From Jimgerdemannia flammicorona (taxonomy: Eukaryota): a DNA stretch of 37,124 nucleotides. Each line of letters begins with the position of its first letter. Position 1 is the first letter of the stretch. The stretch is from positions 1-37,124 of the forward strand of contig RBNJ01000195.1 of the NCBI GenBank assembly GCA_003990765.1. Direction: 5' to 3'. Under the pieces are notes generated by a model, which was given only the letters and a program-made list of their open reading frames with translations, was not told where the DNA came from and searched no databases. Both the position numbers and the translations under genes were made by a program. This document shows positions 1 to 9,645 of this stretch, one piece after another.

Positions 1-821
1 CACCCTCCCACCACTCTGCTCACATATCTTCATCACTAAACCTCGACGTCTGCCCCCCTGAGGTCCCCAACCCACTCACCATCCAGTCAGCAGATCCCCC
101 ACCAGCTCCTCCCACCTTAACACCTTCTCACGTAACCTCAACCACTGCCCCTCCTCAAATACGAAAAGCCAATGGCCTGCCAATCCCACCCATACTGCTA
201 ATACCCATCCTACAGTGAGCCAACTGTCCCCAACCCCACCCACAAGCCGAGATTTGAAGTCCTCCCAGCGACCCCCCTCCCCCACCCGCCTATGCCCAAT
301 ACCCAATCTATCCCCTATCTCAGCCCAAAATTTCCCCAAGACCTCACACTCCCCCAGCCAATGTTCCGGCATCTGTACATAACCCCCAGCTTGCCCAACA
401 TCATAACACTCCTTGCAGTCAAATTGTCCACCCTCTACTAGATACCCTGAGCAGAAATTCAGCATGACATTCCTCTGCAACATTCTCCACCATACCACCC
501 AGTACTTGGGAGGGAGCCACCTCCGGACCTCAGCACTCCAAGACCAGATGCCTGCCCAGTCCCACTCCTCTCTGATTCCAACTACCTGCCAGCTACTCGG
601 CCAAAGGTCCCGGCCAAGCCCCTGCTGACACTCCACCCCCTCCCCAATATCAAACGCAGCTAGGGGAGTACCCCCCAGGAGCAGACTATCCCAATGCCAC
701 ATATTAGGCCCCCACGCCACCTCCCCCTCGTTACTCTGCCAGCGCAGGCCAATTCGGTGTGCTCTCTCGGCCACTCCCCACCAAAACCCCTTGAACTACA
801 GTCGCCAAACTCCATTCAGCC
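1..821 (-). mobile_element. 5'-truncated L1/Tx1-like LINE fragment (3' part of ORF2), inserted into the Gypsy-A 5' LTR; continues left of the window
   Basis: ORF 76-774(-) contains the C-terminal zinc-binding motif of non-LTR RTs (CKEC...EHWLGEC) and aligns by eye with the LINE ORF2 end at ~36190-36920 (FKGFWW...EGEVAW vs YKGFWW...EGEIPW; PPKYWVVWW). Similarity to the LTR starts abruptly at ~822. Confidence 0.85.
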
Positions 822-1660
822 CCACCAGTTGTTCATATTCCCAGTTGAAGCCGCCGATTCAGGAAGAATCCACGCCATCATTTCCCAGTTAGAGCCTGCT
901 GATTCAGGAAGAATCCACGTCACCTGCCATTTTTGAGTTATCCACTATATTCCCAGTTGAAGCCAAATCTACACTGTCCATCCGGGTTAGTTCCCAGTTA
1001 AGCCACCTTTTTCAAGAAATCCGCCGATTCAAGAGAATCCGTGTCATCTGCTGTTTTCAAGTCATCCACCGTATTTCCAGTTGAAGCCGAATCCATACCA
1101 TCGAAGTTATTTGTCATTCCCAGTGAGCCTGGTACAGAAGAAACCACGCTATATATTCCCAGGGAGCCTGAGTTATTGAATTACCCACTGCCAGTACAAT
1201 TCCCAGTAAGAAGAATCCACGCTATCTTCTATTCCCAAACCGCCGCTTTGGAAAACTCACACCAAATTGAGAAGTCTGCCAAAACTGTCCTGCCAGAAAT
1301 CGCATACTTTTGGAAACCTGTTGTGCTATACAAGATCGTCACACAGAAATCGCATAAGGAGAACTACTAGATTGCCAGACCATCATGCATAAGATCATCG
1401 CGGTACACAAATTCCGCCATTCCCAGTTGACCCAAGAAGGAAACCTGTTCATACATACAAATCGCCACTACACCCAGAGAACCATCCCAATAAGGAAATC
1501 ACTCACAGATATTCAGCTTTGACTATTATACCACTAAACACCAAGGATCTCAGGAATCTTAGAACATTTTGTTGCTTTTTGACAAAGTAACTGGGGGCTC
1601 AAGCCAAACTGTATCAACCCCCAATCTTGTAATTTGCCTCTATTGAGCCGGCACATTACA
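822..1660 (+). repeat. 5' LTR of Gypsy-A (only the 3' ~840 bp in the window)
   Basis: Colinear with 9974-10812; ends ...CACATTACA, differences mostly C/T and G/A transitions. Confidence 0.95.
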
Positions 1661-1662
1661 TT

Positions 1663-1680
1663 TGGGGGCTCAACTGGGAA
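1663..1680 (+). promoter_or_regulatory. Primer-binding site, tRNA-Pro type (TGGGGGCTCAACTGGGAA)
   Basis: 2 nt after the LTR end, begins TGG (complement of CCA); resembles the tRNA-Pro PBS of MLV (TGGGGGCTCGTCCGGGAT). Confidence 0.8.
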
Positions 1681-1888
1681 GATTTCAAAATCGATATGAC
1701 TTTTCAGCTCACAAGAACCCACAGTCAAACTGGATACATTTGATACAACACCAACCTCTGCCACTACAGGAGAACCAGTCATCACTAGCATTTGGACAGG
1801 AAGAGAAGTAATCACCTCAAGACTTGCCAACTACCCAGCATCAGAAGGATCCCAACCAGAAGCAGGAGGCAGTACAGCCTGAAATCCC

Positions 1889-1937
1889 CAACCAGATCAA
1901 CCAGATCAACCAGATCAATCAGATCAACCAGATCAAG
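1889..1937 (+). repeat. 9-bp tandem repeat (CAACCAGAT) x~5, encodes (QPD)n in the gag frame
   Basis: Seen directly: caaccagatcaaccagatcaaccagatcaatcagatcaaccagatcaa. Confidence 0.85.
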
Positions 1938-2254
1938 CAGACAATACAGACAGTCCTGCCAGAGTTTTTGGAGAACTTGTACAAGAACTAGACGAACTTA
2001 TTACCTGGACCCAATATCTTACAGCCAGACAGCATACACCAGTCCCACCCATCTCACCAATAGAACCCCTACCACAACCTCTTGCAGAACCAGAAGTAGC
2101 TCCTATAAGGATACCTAGGCCTACTCCACCCCACCTAAGGACCAGAACACCATCTTCAAGATACCCAAGCACCCTGGTCTCTAGTGACAGTTCAGAAAGT
2201 GAATCAGAATCAGAATCCAAATTCGAATCAGAACCAGAAGAAAGTGACGAAGAA

Positions 2255-3200
2255 ATGGCCACCTCATTGCCAATCTTTGCAGGATACCCAGAGGAAGACC
2301 CCAGAGAATTCCTTGATGAAATTGAAGGAATCGCAGCCTTGAGGAATCTCTCAGACAAAAGGAAAATTGCCATCTACAAAGCTTAGCTCAGAGAACCAGC
2401 CAGGGGGATCTTCCATCAAACAGCAAACAACCCAGATGCAGAACTAGCAAGACAGATACAAGCAGTAGTCTTCTATGAGCTAGAATATCAGACCATGGTC
2501 TACTGGCTCATAGAAAAGTATGCAGGAAATGAAACCTGCCACAAGGCTCAAGAATCCATCATGGGAATGAAGATGAATCTTGGAGAATCACCCAGAGCCT
2601 TCTTCACAAGAATCCAGAAGAGAATGCACTCTGCCAGGTTCAATGCCACCAACCAAGACATCATAGGTCCAATGACCTTCATGAATGGGATTCCTCCAAA
2701 TATTGCCCAGCATGTCCACACCCTAGGCATCAGAAGGTCTGAAGAGCAAGTAGATGCAGCCCAAGGATTCTTTGATGTCAGGCAAGGAACTACCTGGAGT
2801 GACCATGACAAGAAGGAAGATAAAGAAGATATTCTGGTCAAAGCCCTGCAAGGACTCCTTCAAGGACAAGAAAGGTCTGAAGAAAGAAGGCCAGCCAAGG
2901 AAGGAAAGAAGGACAGAAGTGAAATTCAAGACCTCAGCTCCAAGTTAGACTGATTGGTTGGACAGATTGAAAAACTCACCACACGTGAAAATCAGGACTA
3001 CCAAAACAACAGAGGGTACCCACCACAGAGGAGCCAAGGTTATCCATCAAGAGATAACAGGAATTACCAGCAAGAAGAAAGAAGGTACTCTGTCCAAGAC
3101 AGAGCCCAAGTCCAATGCTTCCACTGTGGACAACTCAGACACTATGCTACTGAATGTGACAACAAAAGAAGTGACCGAAGGGACTCAGAACCACCAAACT
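2255..3200 (+). pseudogene. gag: Gypsy-A gag (capsid + CCHC nucleocapsid knuckle)
   Basis: MATSLPIFAGYPEEDPREFLDEIE..., GESPRAFFTRI, FMNGIPP, CFHCGQLRHYATEC; in-frame premature stops; frame continues upstream and downstream. Confidence 0.9.
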
Positions 3201-3769
3201 GAAGGAATGACACTCAGTACAAGAAGACTGAAGCCCATCCTGTTGAAGATTTCGAGGAAGCAAGCAACAGTGAAGACTACAGTGACCTAGACTTATATCC
3301 TACCAAGGTTACTACCTGAAAGACAGTCTACCCAGCAGAGAAAAGAAAGAGACCTGTGGGAAGACCCTCCAGGAACATCAGCAGAAGAATCATCTAAGAA
3401 GAAGATGAAGAACATGAGGAGGAACAAGTTGAAACACCTCCCCGAACCCCTTCACCTTTTATGCCTGAGACAAATGAATTGCTACCAGAAGATGAAGAAA
3501 TGGAACAAGAAGAATGGGAACCTGTTGCTCCAAGGCCTAAGAAAAAGTATACCCCAAAGACCATGCCTAGAGACATTTACAATGAAGCCTGGCAGAAGAT
3601 CCAAGAAGCCAAGATGGAAGTTCCTCTCCTGCAGTTCTTGCAATTAACACCAGCCGGAGTCCAAAACAAATTGCTGAGAACCACCAGGTCTAGCACTGGC
3701 CAAGTTCCAATCCCACAGCAAGAACCAGCTCCCATCCCAGTTCAAGCAGCCAAAAGACATGTCAGCACC

Positions 3770-4140
3770 TACTTACATGGAGATATTGGAGGACAAAAAG
3801 CGAAAATCCTCATAGATATAGGAGCAGCTGTCTGTGTCATTGCCAAATGATTCCTGGACATGCTCCAATGGCCCATTGATGGACCATCCAACCTCAGCAT
3901 CATAGTAGCAGATGGAGCCCAAACTCAACCTCTTGGAGAAGTACAAAATATCACCATCTCCCTTGGACACATTCAGTTCTCCATCCCCAAAGCTATTGTT
4001 ACCAAAGCTGTCACCTATGACATGATTCTTGGTACCAACTGGATGAAGGAAATGAATGCAGTTGTTGATATTGGCCAACAAGTACTCAAGTTTGACTACC
4101 GAGGCAAGAAGTATAGAGTTAAGGTGACCAGCTATGAGCA
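3770..4140 (+). pseudogene. Gypsy-A aspartic protease
   Basis: ILIDIGAAVCVI (DTG mutated ACA>ATA), ADG, YDMILGTNW; same frame as gag. Confidence 0.9.
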
Positions 4141-5439
4141 ATCAAAGAAGAAGAAGAAGGTCACTATTCAAGAAGAATATGCCAGCAGTGAGGAGTCTAC
4201 TACAGAAGAGGAAGAAGAATCCGAAGATGGAAATGATCCCAGACTCAATCCACGAATTAACCTGGTGGATGACAGACCAGAAGACAATGTGTGGGCCAAG
4301 AACACTATTCCTATTACCATTGGAGCCATTGCAGGAGAAGCCAAAGGATGCCCTATATGCCTCAAGAGACATAAGTGTCTCGAGCACTCCTCCAAGATCA
4401 TGGGAAAAAGGAAATCACCTGGTGCAGCTGGCCCAGAATGCAGAAGAAAGAAGAAGAAATACAGACATGTTCCAGAAATACCTGCGACCAAAGCTGCAGA
4501 AGTACAAGCAATTTGGGGTCAAGAATCATCTGAGGAAGAAGAAACTTCTGACCAAGAAGTTCCTGAACAAGAAGTACCTAATGAAGAAGAAGTCCCTGAA
4601 CTCATCCCCTGGGATGACCTTGGTGGACACCACCTGAAGACAATGACCCCTGGAATACAGAGGAAGGACCCAGCACTATTACCATTATCCCTAAGAAAGA
4701 AACCCACCAAGAGAAAGCTTTCTGGCTAGGAAGATGTCCACATCAAATGATCTTTCACTCTCCCCGAGACTACTGCTATCAGTGTCATCTATTGGATCAA
4801 CAAGAAAGACAGAGACCCCAGAGACCAGAACCTCCAACTACTCTTGCACAGTCTACCACCTTCCAAGAAGTCACCACAAGGTTACAAAGTCGATTTAGAG
4901 GACAAGGCTTCTTTACCCGAACAGAAATATACTCCTTGTCTACCCTTCTGCCAACCTATGATCAAGATGGGTACCAATTCCCAAGACAACAAGAGATAAA
5001 TAGCAGGGAATATCATTTCCAAGCAATGGGATATTGCAACTATGGGAGACATCCTGATTGCCAAGACTACAGACACCAGAAGATTCACCTCAGCCATGAT
5101 GTTACAGTGCACACCTTGAAGAAAGGAGATAACCGAAGTCAGATCCGAAAAAGCCAGATTCGAAAAAGCCAGACCAAGAAGCCCGGAAAAAGAATCCTCA
5201 AGATCTACGATTTGGGAGAGGACATCCTAGCTCTCATCAGACATATAACCCGCCAAGGATGGGCAGAAGATGCCACCAACTTCATGGAAGCCCTTGACCC
5301 TACAGGAAGAAGGGGAATCAATTACCTCTGAGACCCCTCTACTGGAGCCAGATGGCCACACCTCAACCTTAGAGCTTGGAGGCTTTCCGCCAGTGGAGCT
5401 TCAGCCTTAGGAAAGCCTGAACTCAGCAAGGACATTGCC

Positions 5440-5850
5440 CTGTATGCCCTGCTGCACCCCAAGGCCAAACCCCCGACCAAAGCCCACCCAGAGGATGTAG
5501 GATATGATCTTCACAGCCTGGAGGATGAATCTATCAAGCCTGGAAAAACCTTCATGGTCAGAACTGGATTAGCCATGCAGCCACCTCAAGGAGCTTATAT
5601 TCAACTGACCTCAAGGTCCGGACTTGCCAGACAAGGGATAACTGTAGAAGGAGGAACCATTGACCCTGGATATACAGGCAAAATCAAGGTCATCCTACAC
5701 AATAGCAGTGCAGAATGGCACCAAATCATTAGAGGACAGAAGATTGCCCAAGCAGTCTTCATGAAAGTCAAGACTCCACAGTTACAGGAAGTCTCTGAAC
5801 TAACTGAAGGAACAAGACAAGCTAAGGTATTTGGAAGTTCAGACAGAAAA
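5440..5850 (+). pseudogene. dut: Gypsy-A dUTPase domain (between PR and RT)
   Basis: All five trimeric dUTPase motifs: GYDL, RSGLA, GTIDPGYTG, GQKIAQ, RQAKVFGSS (RQAEGFGSS in copy 2). Confidence 0.93.
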
Positions 5851-6251
5851 GAGGTACATCTCCTTCAAGTCAACTATCTCAAGAGGAATGTTCTCCAGCA
5901 AGTATACCACCAACCAGTCAGACTGCACAAAAATCTCATCCTGGAGCCTGGAGAACAAACCACCTTCAAAATCTTTGCACCACCCAACCCCAGGAACCTT
6001 TTCTTTGAACCCAAGGAAGATATCCCACACCTGGATATAGAGGGATACACATTCCCTGACAAGATGAACCCAGTACACTCCCAAGCAACCAACCAAAGTT
6101 GGGAGATGATCATCCTGCCAAAAGGAACCATCATAGGACATCTGGTCCCCTTTCTCAACCAAACTCATAGGGAAGTTTATGAACTAAACCTATCAGGAAA
6201 TGGCAAAAGGTCTCAGAAGAAAGAAAAGGCCCCTCTGCGACCCAGGAGACA

Positions 6252-7667
6252 GTGAAGCCTTCCACCAACATTGGAGAAGAATTGACACCTCAACAACAGC
6301 AACAATTAGTAGAACTTCTCAACAAATATCAAGATATCTTCACCACCGATTATGGCAACCTACCATACAATCCATCATATCACCACAGCATAAATATAGG
6401 AAGTACAACACCCATCCAGCAGAAATCCTATAGAATACCCCATCACTTGAAAACATTCGAAAAGGAGCACATCCAAGAACTCTTAGATAATGGAGTCATC
6501 CGACCCTCTACCAGCCCCTGGGCCAGCCCTATACTTATTGTACCAAAGAAAGGAGGATGGAGACTCTGCGTGGATTACAGAAAACTCAACTCAGTCACTG
6601 AAAAGGATGCTTATCCTTTACCCAGAATCGATGATCTTTTGGACTAGTTACAAGATGCCAGATACTTCAGCAGTATGGACCTCTTCACAGGATTCCATGA
6701 AATCCCCATGGACCCCAAGGACATTCAAAAGACAGCCTTCCTTGCTTTAGGAAAACTGTTTGAATACCTCCAAATGCCCTTTGGACTCTGTAATACACCC
6801 CCCACCTTCCAGAGGATGATGAATTCGGTCTATGCCCCCTTGATCCACCACTGTCTGATTGTATATATAGACAATTCCAATATTTATTCAGCAAATTTCG
6901 AAGAACACCTGCACCACCTAGAGGAATTCTTCAAGCTCACCCACAAGAATCACTTGAGGTTGAATGCAAAGAAATGCTACTTTGGAAAACAGAAACTCAA
7001 ATTCCTTAGATTCATGGTCTCAAAAGAAGGAACTCATGCAGACCCAAAGAAAACTGAGAAGATCAACAATTGGCCAGTACCCAAGACTCTGAAGGAAACA
7101 CTATCATTCCTGATGCTAGTATCCTACTACAGAAGGTTCATCAAGGATTTTGCCCAAATTGCTGCCCCAATCCAAATCCTTCTCAAGAAAGGAGTACCAT
7201 TCAAATGGACAGAATCACAGGAAAAAGCCTTCAGAGAACTCAAGAACCATATGACTACAGCACTAATCCTTGTGCGCCCCAATCTACAGAAGCCATTCAT
7301 CTTGTATACAGATGCTTCCAAAGATGGCCTAGGAGCAGTTCTAGCTCAAGAAGGACCTGACCAACAGTACCATGTGATAGCTTATACAAGCAGAGCCACC
7401 AACCAGCAGCAGATGAACTATGGTAGCACCAAACTGGAATGCCTTGCAGTCATATGGGTGGTCACCCTGTTCAAGTATTACCTCATCAGAAAAAGATCTA
7501 CCCTGATCACAGACCATGCAGCCCTCAAATGGTTATTCAACCACAAGGAACCTGCTGGAATTCTAGCCTGCTGGATCCTTATCCTTCAGGATTACAAAAT
7601 CACCATCATTCACAAAGCAGGGAAAGCCCACAACAATGTTGATGTACTTTCCCACCAGCCCCAATAA
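6252..7667 (+). pseudogene. pol: Gypsy-A reverse transcriptase-RNase H ORF
   Basis: [34 protein letters not shown] (YIDD decayed), YTDAS, LECLAV, TDHAAL; one premature TAG at ~6645. Confidence 0.96.
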
Positions 7668-8740
7668 ATCAGATGAGGGGTGTCTCGAGGAACCACACTC
7701 TAAAGAAAGCTCCTCAGACTATCAAAGCACAAGAAGATCTCATTCGAAAAGAACATCAGAAAGCCTACCAAGGACAGACAAGCATAGAAGACAGGATTCG
7801 AAAACAATATCAACATTGGCCCCACCTCAGAACTCAAGTTCGAGACATTATTCAGAAATGTGACATCTGCCAGAAGTACCAAGGAAAGAAGAACTATCAA
7901 GCCCCTCTGCAACCGATTCCCCCACCCACTCACATCTTTCAAAGATAGGGAGTAGATGTAATTGGACCTCTACTAGTTACATCAAGAAGAAACAAATACA
8001 TTCTTGTATTTGTAGAACATCTGACCAAGTGGCCTGAGGCTTTCCCAATGGAAATCGCAGATGCCTTAACCATTGTAGGCCTCCTCCATGGACTCATACT
8101 CAGATATGGACCTTCAGAAGAACTCATCTCTGACTGAGGCACAGAATTCATCAATAACATAATCACAAGTTATGCCTGAATTCACAAGATCCACCTCAAA
8201 AGGACCACATCATACCACCCCCAGACCAATGGCATGACAGAAAGAATGAACCAGACCATCAAGAAAGGACTTGCCCGAGTCAACCCTATTAATTGGGACC
8301 TCTGCTTACCTGAGATCCTATGGGAAATTCGGAATACCCCTGCCACATCCACCAAACAAAAGCCATTTGAAATGATGTTTGCCAAGAAAACCAGAACTGC
8401 TGACTACGAGAATCTCGGAGACCTCCTCAAGAAGGCAGAACAGTTATGAAATCAAGCCCAAAGACAGATTATCAAAGCCCAGGAAAGACAAAAGAAGTAC
8501 TATAACCAAAAACAGAAGGATCAGGAGATCAAGATTGGAGATCAAGTCCTAGTTTAGAGAAGTATGATCGAGACAAACTTTGCCGCCAAACTGGAACCGA
8601 AATGGGAAGGACCTTATCTTGTACACAACATCAGAGGAACCAGCATCTATTTAAGAAGTATGAATGGACAAACCCTGAGGACACCAGTACACATCAATCG
8701 CCTCAAGATATACTTCTCACACCATGAACCAGAGAATTGA
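7664..8740 (+). pseudogene. Gypsy-A integrase ORF (separate frame from RT-RH)
   Basis: HHCC finger (EHQKAY...CDICQ), GVDVIGPL, LISD*GTEF, YHPQTNGMTERMN, GPY/F module KWEGPY; several C>T stops. Confidence 0.93.
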
Positions 8741-9239
8741 CAACCGCCTTCAAACTCTTGTCCTCAGTTCCCTCCAAGCCCTACCAGTTCCCTTGCCTCA
8801 GTTCCAGGAACCCAATGGAACCTATCTTCAGAAGATCCAAGTTCATCAAGAGAACCTCACTTTGGCCAAGAGGCTACTCCAGGTCCACTAGCTGTAAGCA
8901 TATTATGCAATTGGAGAACAATTGCAGAATCTCCCTCTCCCAGACCTAACCTATGTCCGAAAAAATACCACTGGCCTAAACAGAAGGAATACTACTGCCG
9001 CAGACAGACTATATACAATCTATAAACGAAATCCTTCTGCCTTAATCCAGGCCCAGTTTTCCCTGAATGACCTCCAAAGGATGACACAGCCCACCTATCT
9101 CAGCATTATTCATCAAGTAGAGATCCTATTTCCTGAGGAAGAAGAAGAGCCCCTGGAATGGAGTGACCACAGCTCAGATGATGATGATGGAACAGGTATA
9201 GATGCAGAAGCTGCTTATGCCTATTGGGATGATGACTGA
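8724..9239 (+). pseudogene. Extra ORF of unknown function downstream of integrase (~171 codons, two C>T-type stops)
   Basis: ATG at 8724 in frame with ORF 8922-9239; MNQRIDNRLQ...AYYAIGEQL...AADRLYTIY...acidic tail YWDDD*; homologous reading frame in copy 2 (~19646-20150). Confidence 0.75.
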
Positions 9240-9266
9240 AGAATAGTCTGGGACAGACTACCCTTC

Positions 9267-9278
9267 AGTGGGGGCTGA
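9267..9278 (+). promoter_or_regulatory. Polypurine tract of Gypsy-A
   Basis: AGTGGGGGCTGA immediately before TGTAAC; AGTGGGAGCTGA in copy 2. Confidence 0.75.
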
Positions 9279-9440
9279 TGTAACAGACCAAAACGTACTA
9301 CCCAAATTATAACTTAGCCAGATAACATGAACAATTAGCATACTTACTCAGCATGATGTGACTTCCAGTATATCATAGTTACTCATGTCTGTCACACTTA
9401 TAATTAGCCAAGACACCAGATCAGGATTGTTTACCTGTAT

Positions 9441-9529
9441 CCTGCAGACACACTCATGTCCTGCGGACACACTCATGTCCAGCGGACACACTCATGTCCT
9501 GTGGACACACTCATGTCCTGCGGACACAC
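9441..9529 (+). repeat. 19-bp tandem repeat in U3 (CCTGCGGACACACTCATGT x~4.7)
   Basis: Seen directly; contains dyad GGACA-N6-TGTCC. Confidence 0.9.
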
Positions 9530-9611
9530 CTGTACCTAGAGGACACACCCAAACATTACCAAAGATAGCAAATCTATAGTTAGCCACATAGTAACCAGAT
9601 AGCAACCAACT

Positions 9612-9645
9612 TATATAAATTACTCCAGAGGCGAGAGTGAATAAA
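9612..9645 (+). promoter_or_regulatory. Putative LTR TATA box (TATATAAA, 9612) and AATAAA (9640)
   Basis: Motifs downstream of the U3 repeats; both retained in the copy-2 LTR (~19314-19347, minus). Confidence 0.5.

Noticed and set aside
694..1370. ORFs 694-936 and 1041-1370 as genes
   Set aside because: Translations of LTR repeats/junction; no recognisable domain.
4610..4750. Frame change within the PR-dUTPase linker as programmed recoding
   Set aside because: Reads naturally as a 1-nt deletion (DDPWWTPPEDNDPW); copy 2 does not cover it, so no support.
5329..5331. TGA shared by both copies as a real ORF end
   Set aside because: Frame continues unchanged into dUTPase; parallel CGA>TGA decay is the simpler explanation.
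6864..6875. YIDN/YLDN instead of YxDD in all three Gypsy RTs as a novel active site
   Set aside because: GAC-GAY contains a CpG; CpG>CpA gives GAC-AAY, the dominant mutation here.
1534..8385. Numerous antisense ORFs over Gypsy-A (and over the LINE, 23984-27858)
   Set aside because: Shadow ORFs from strand-biased composition; no motifs.
9441..9529. Repeat array as CRISPR
   Set aside because: Head-to-tail repeats with no spacers, inside an LTR, no cas genes.
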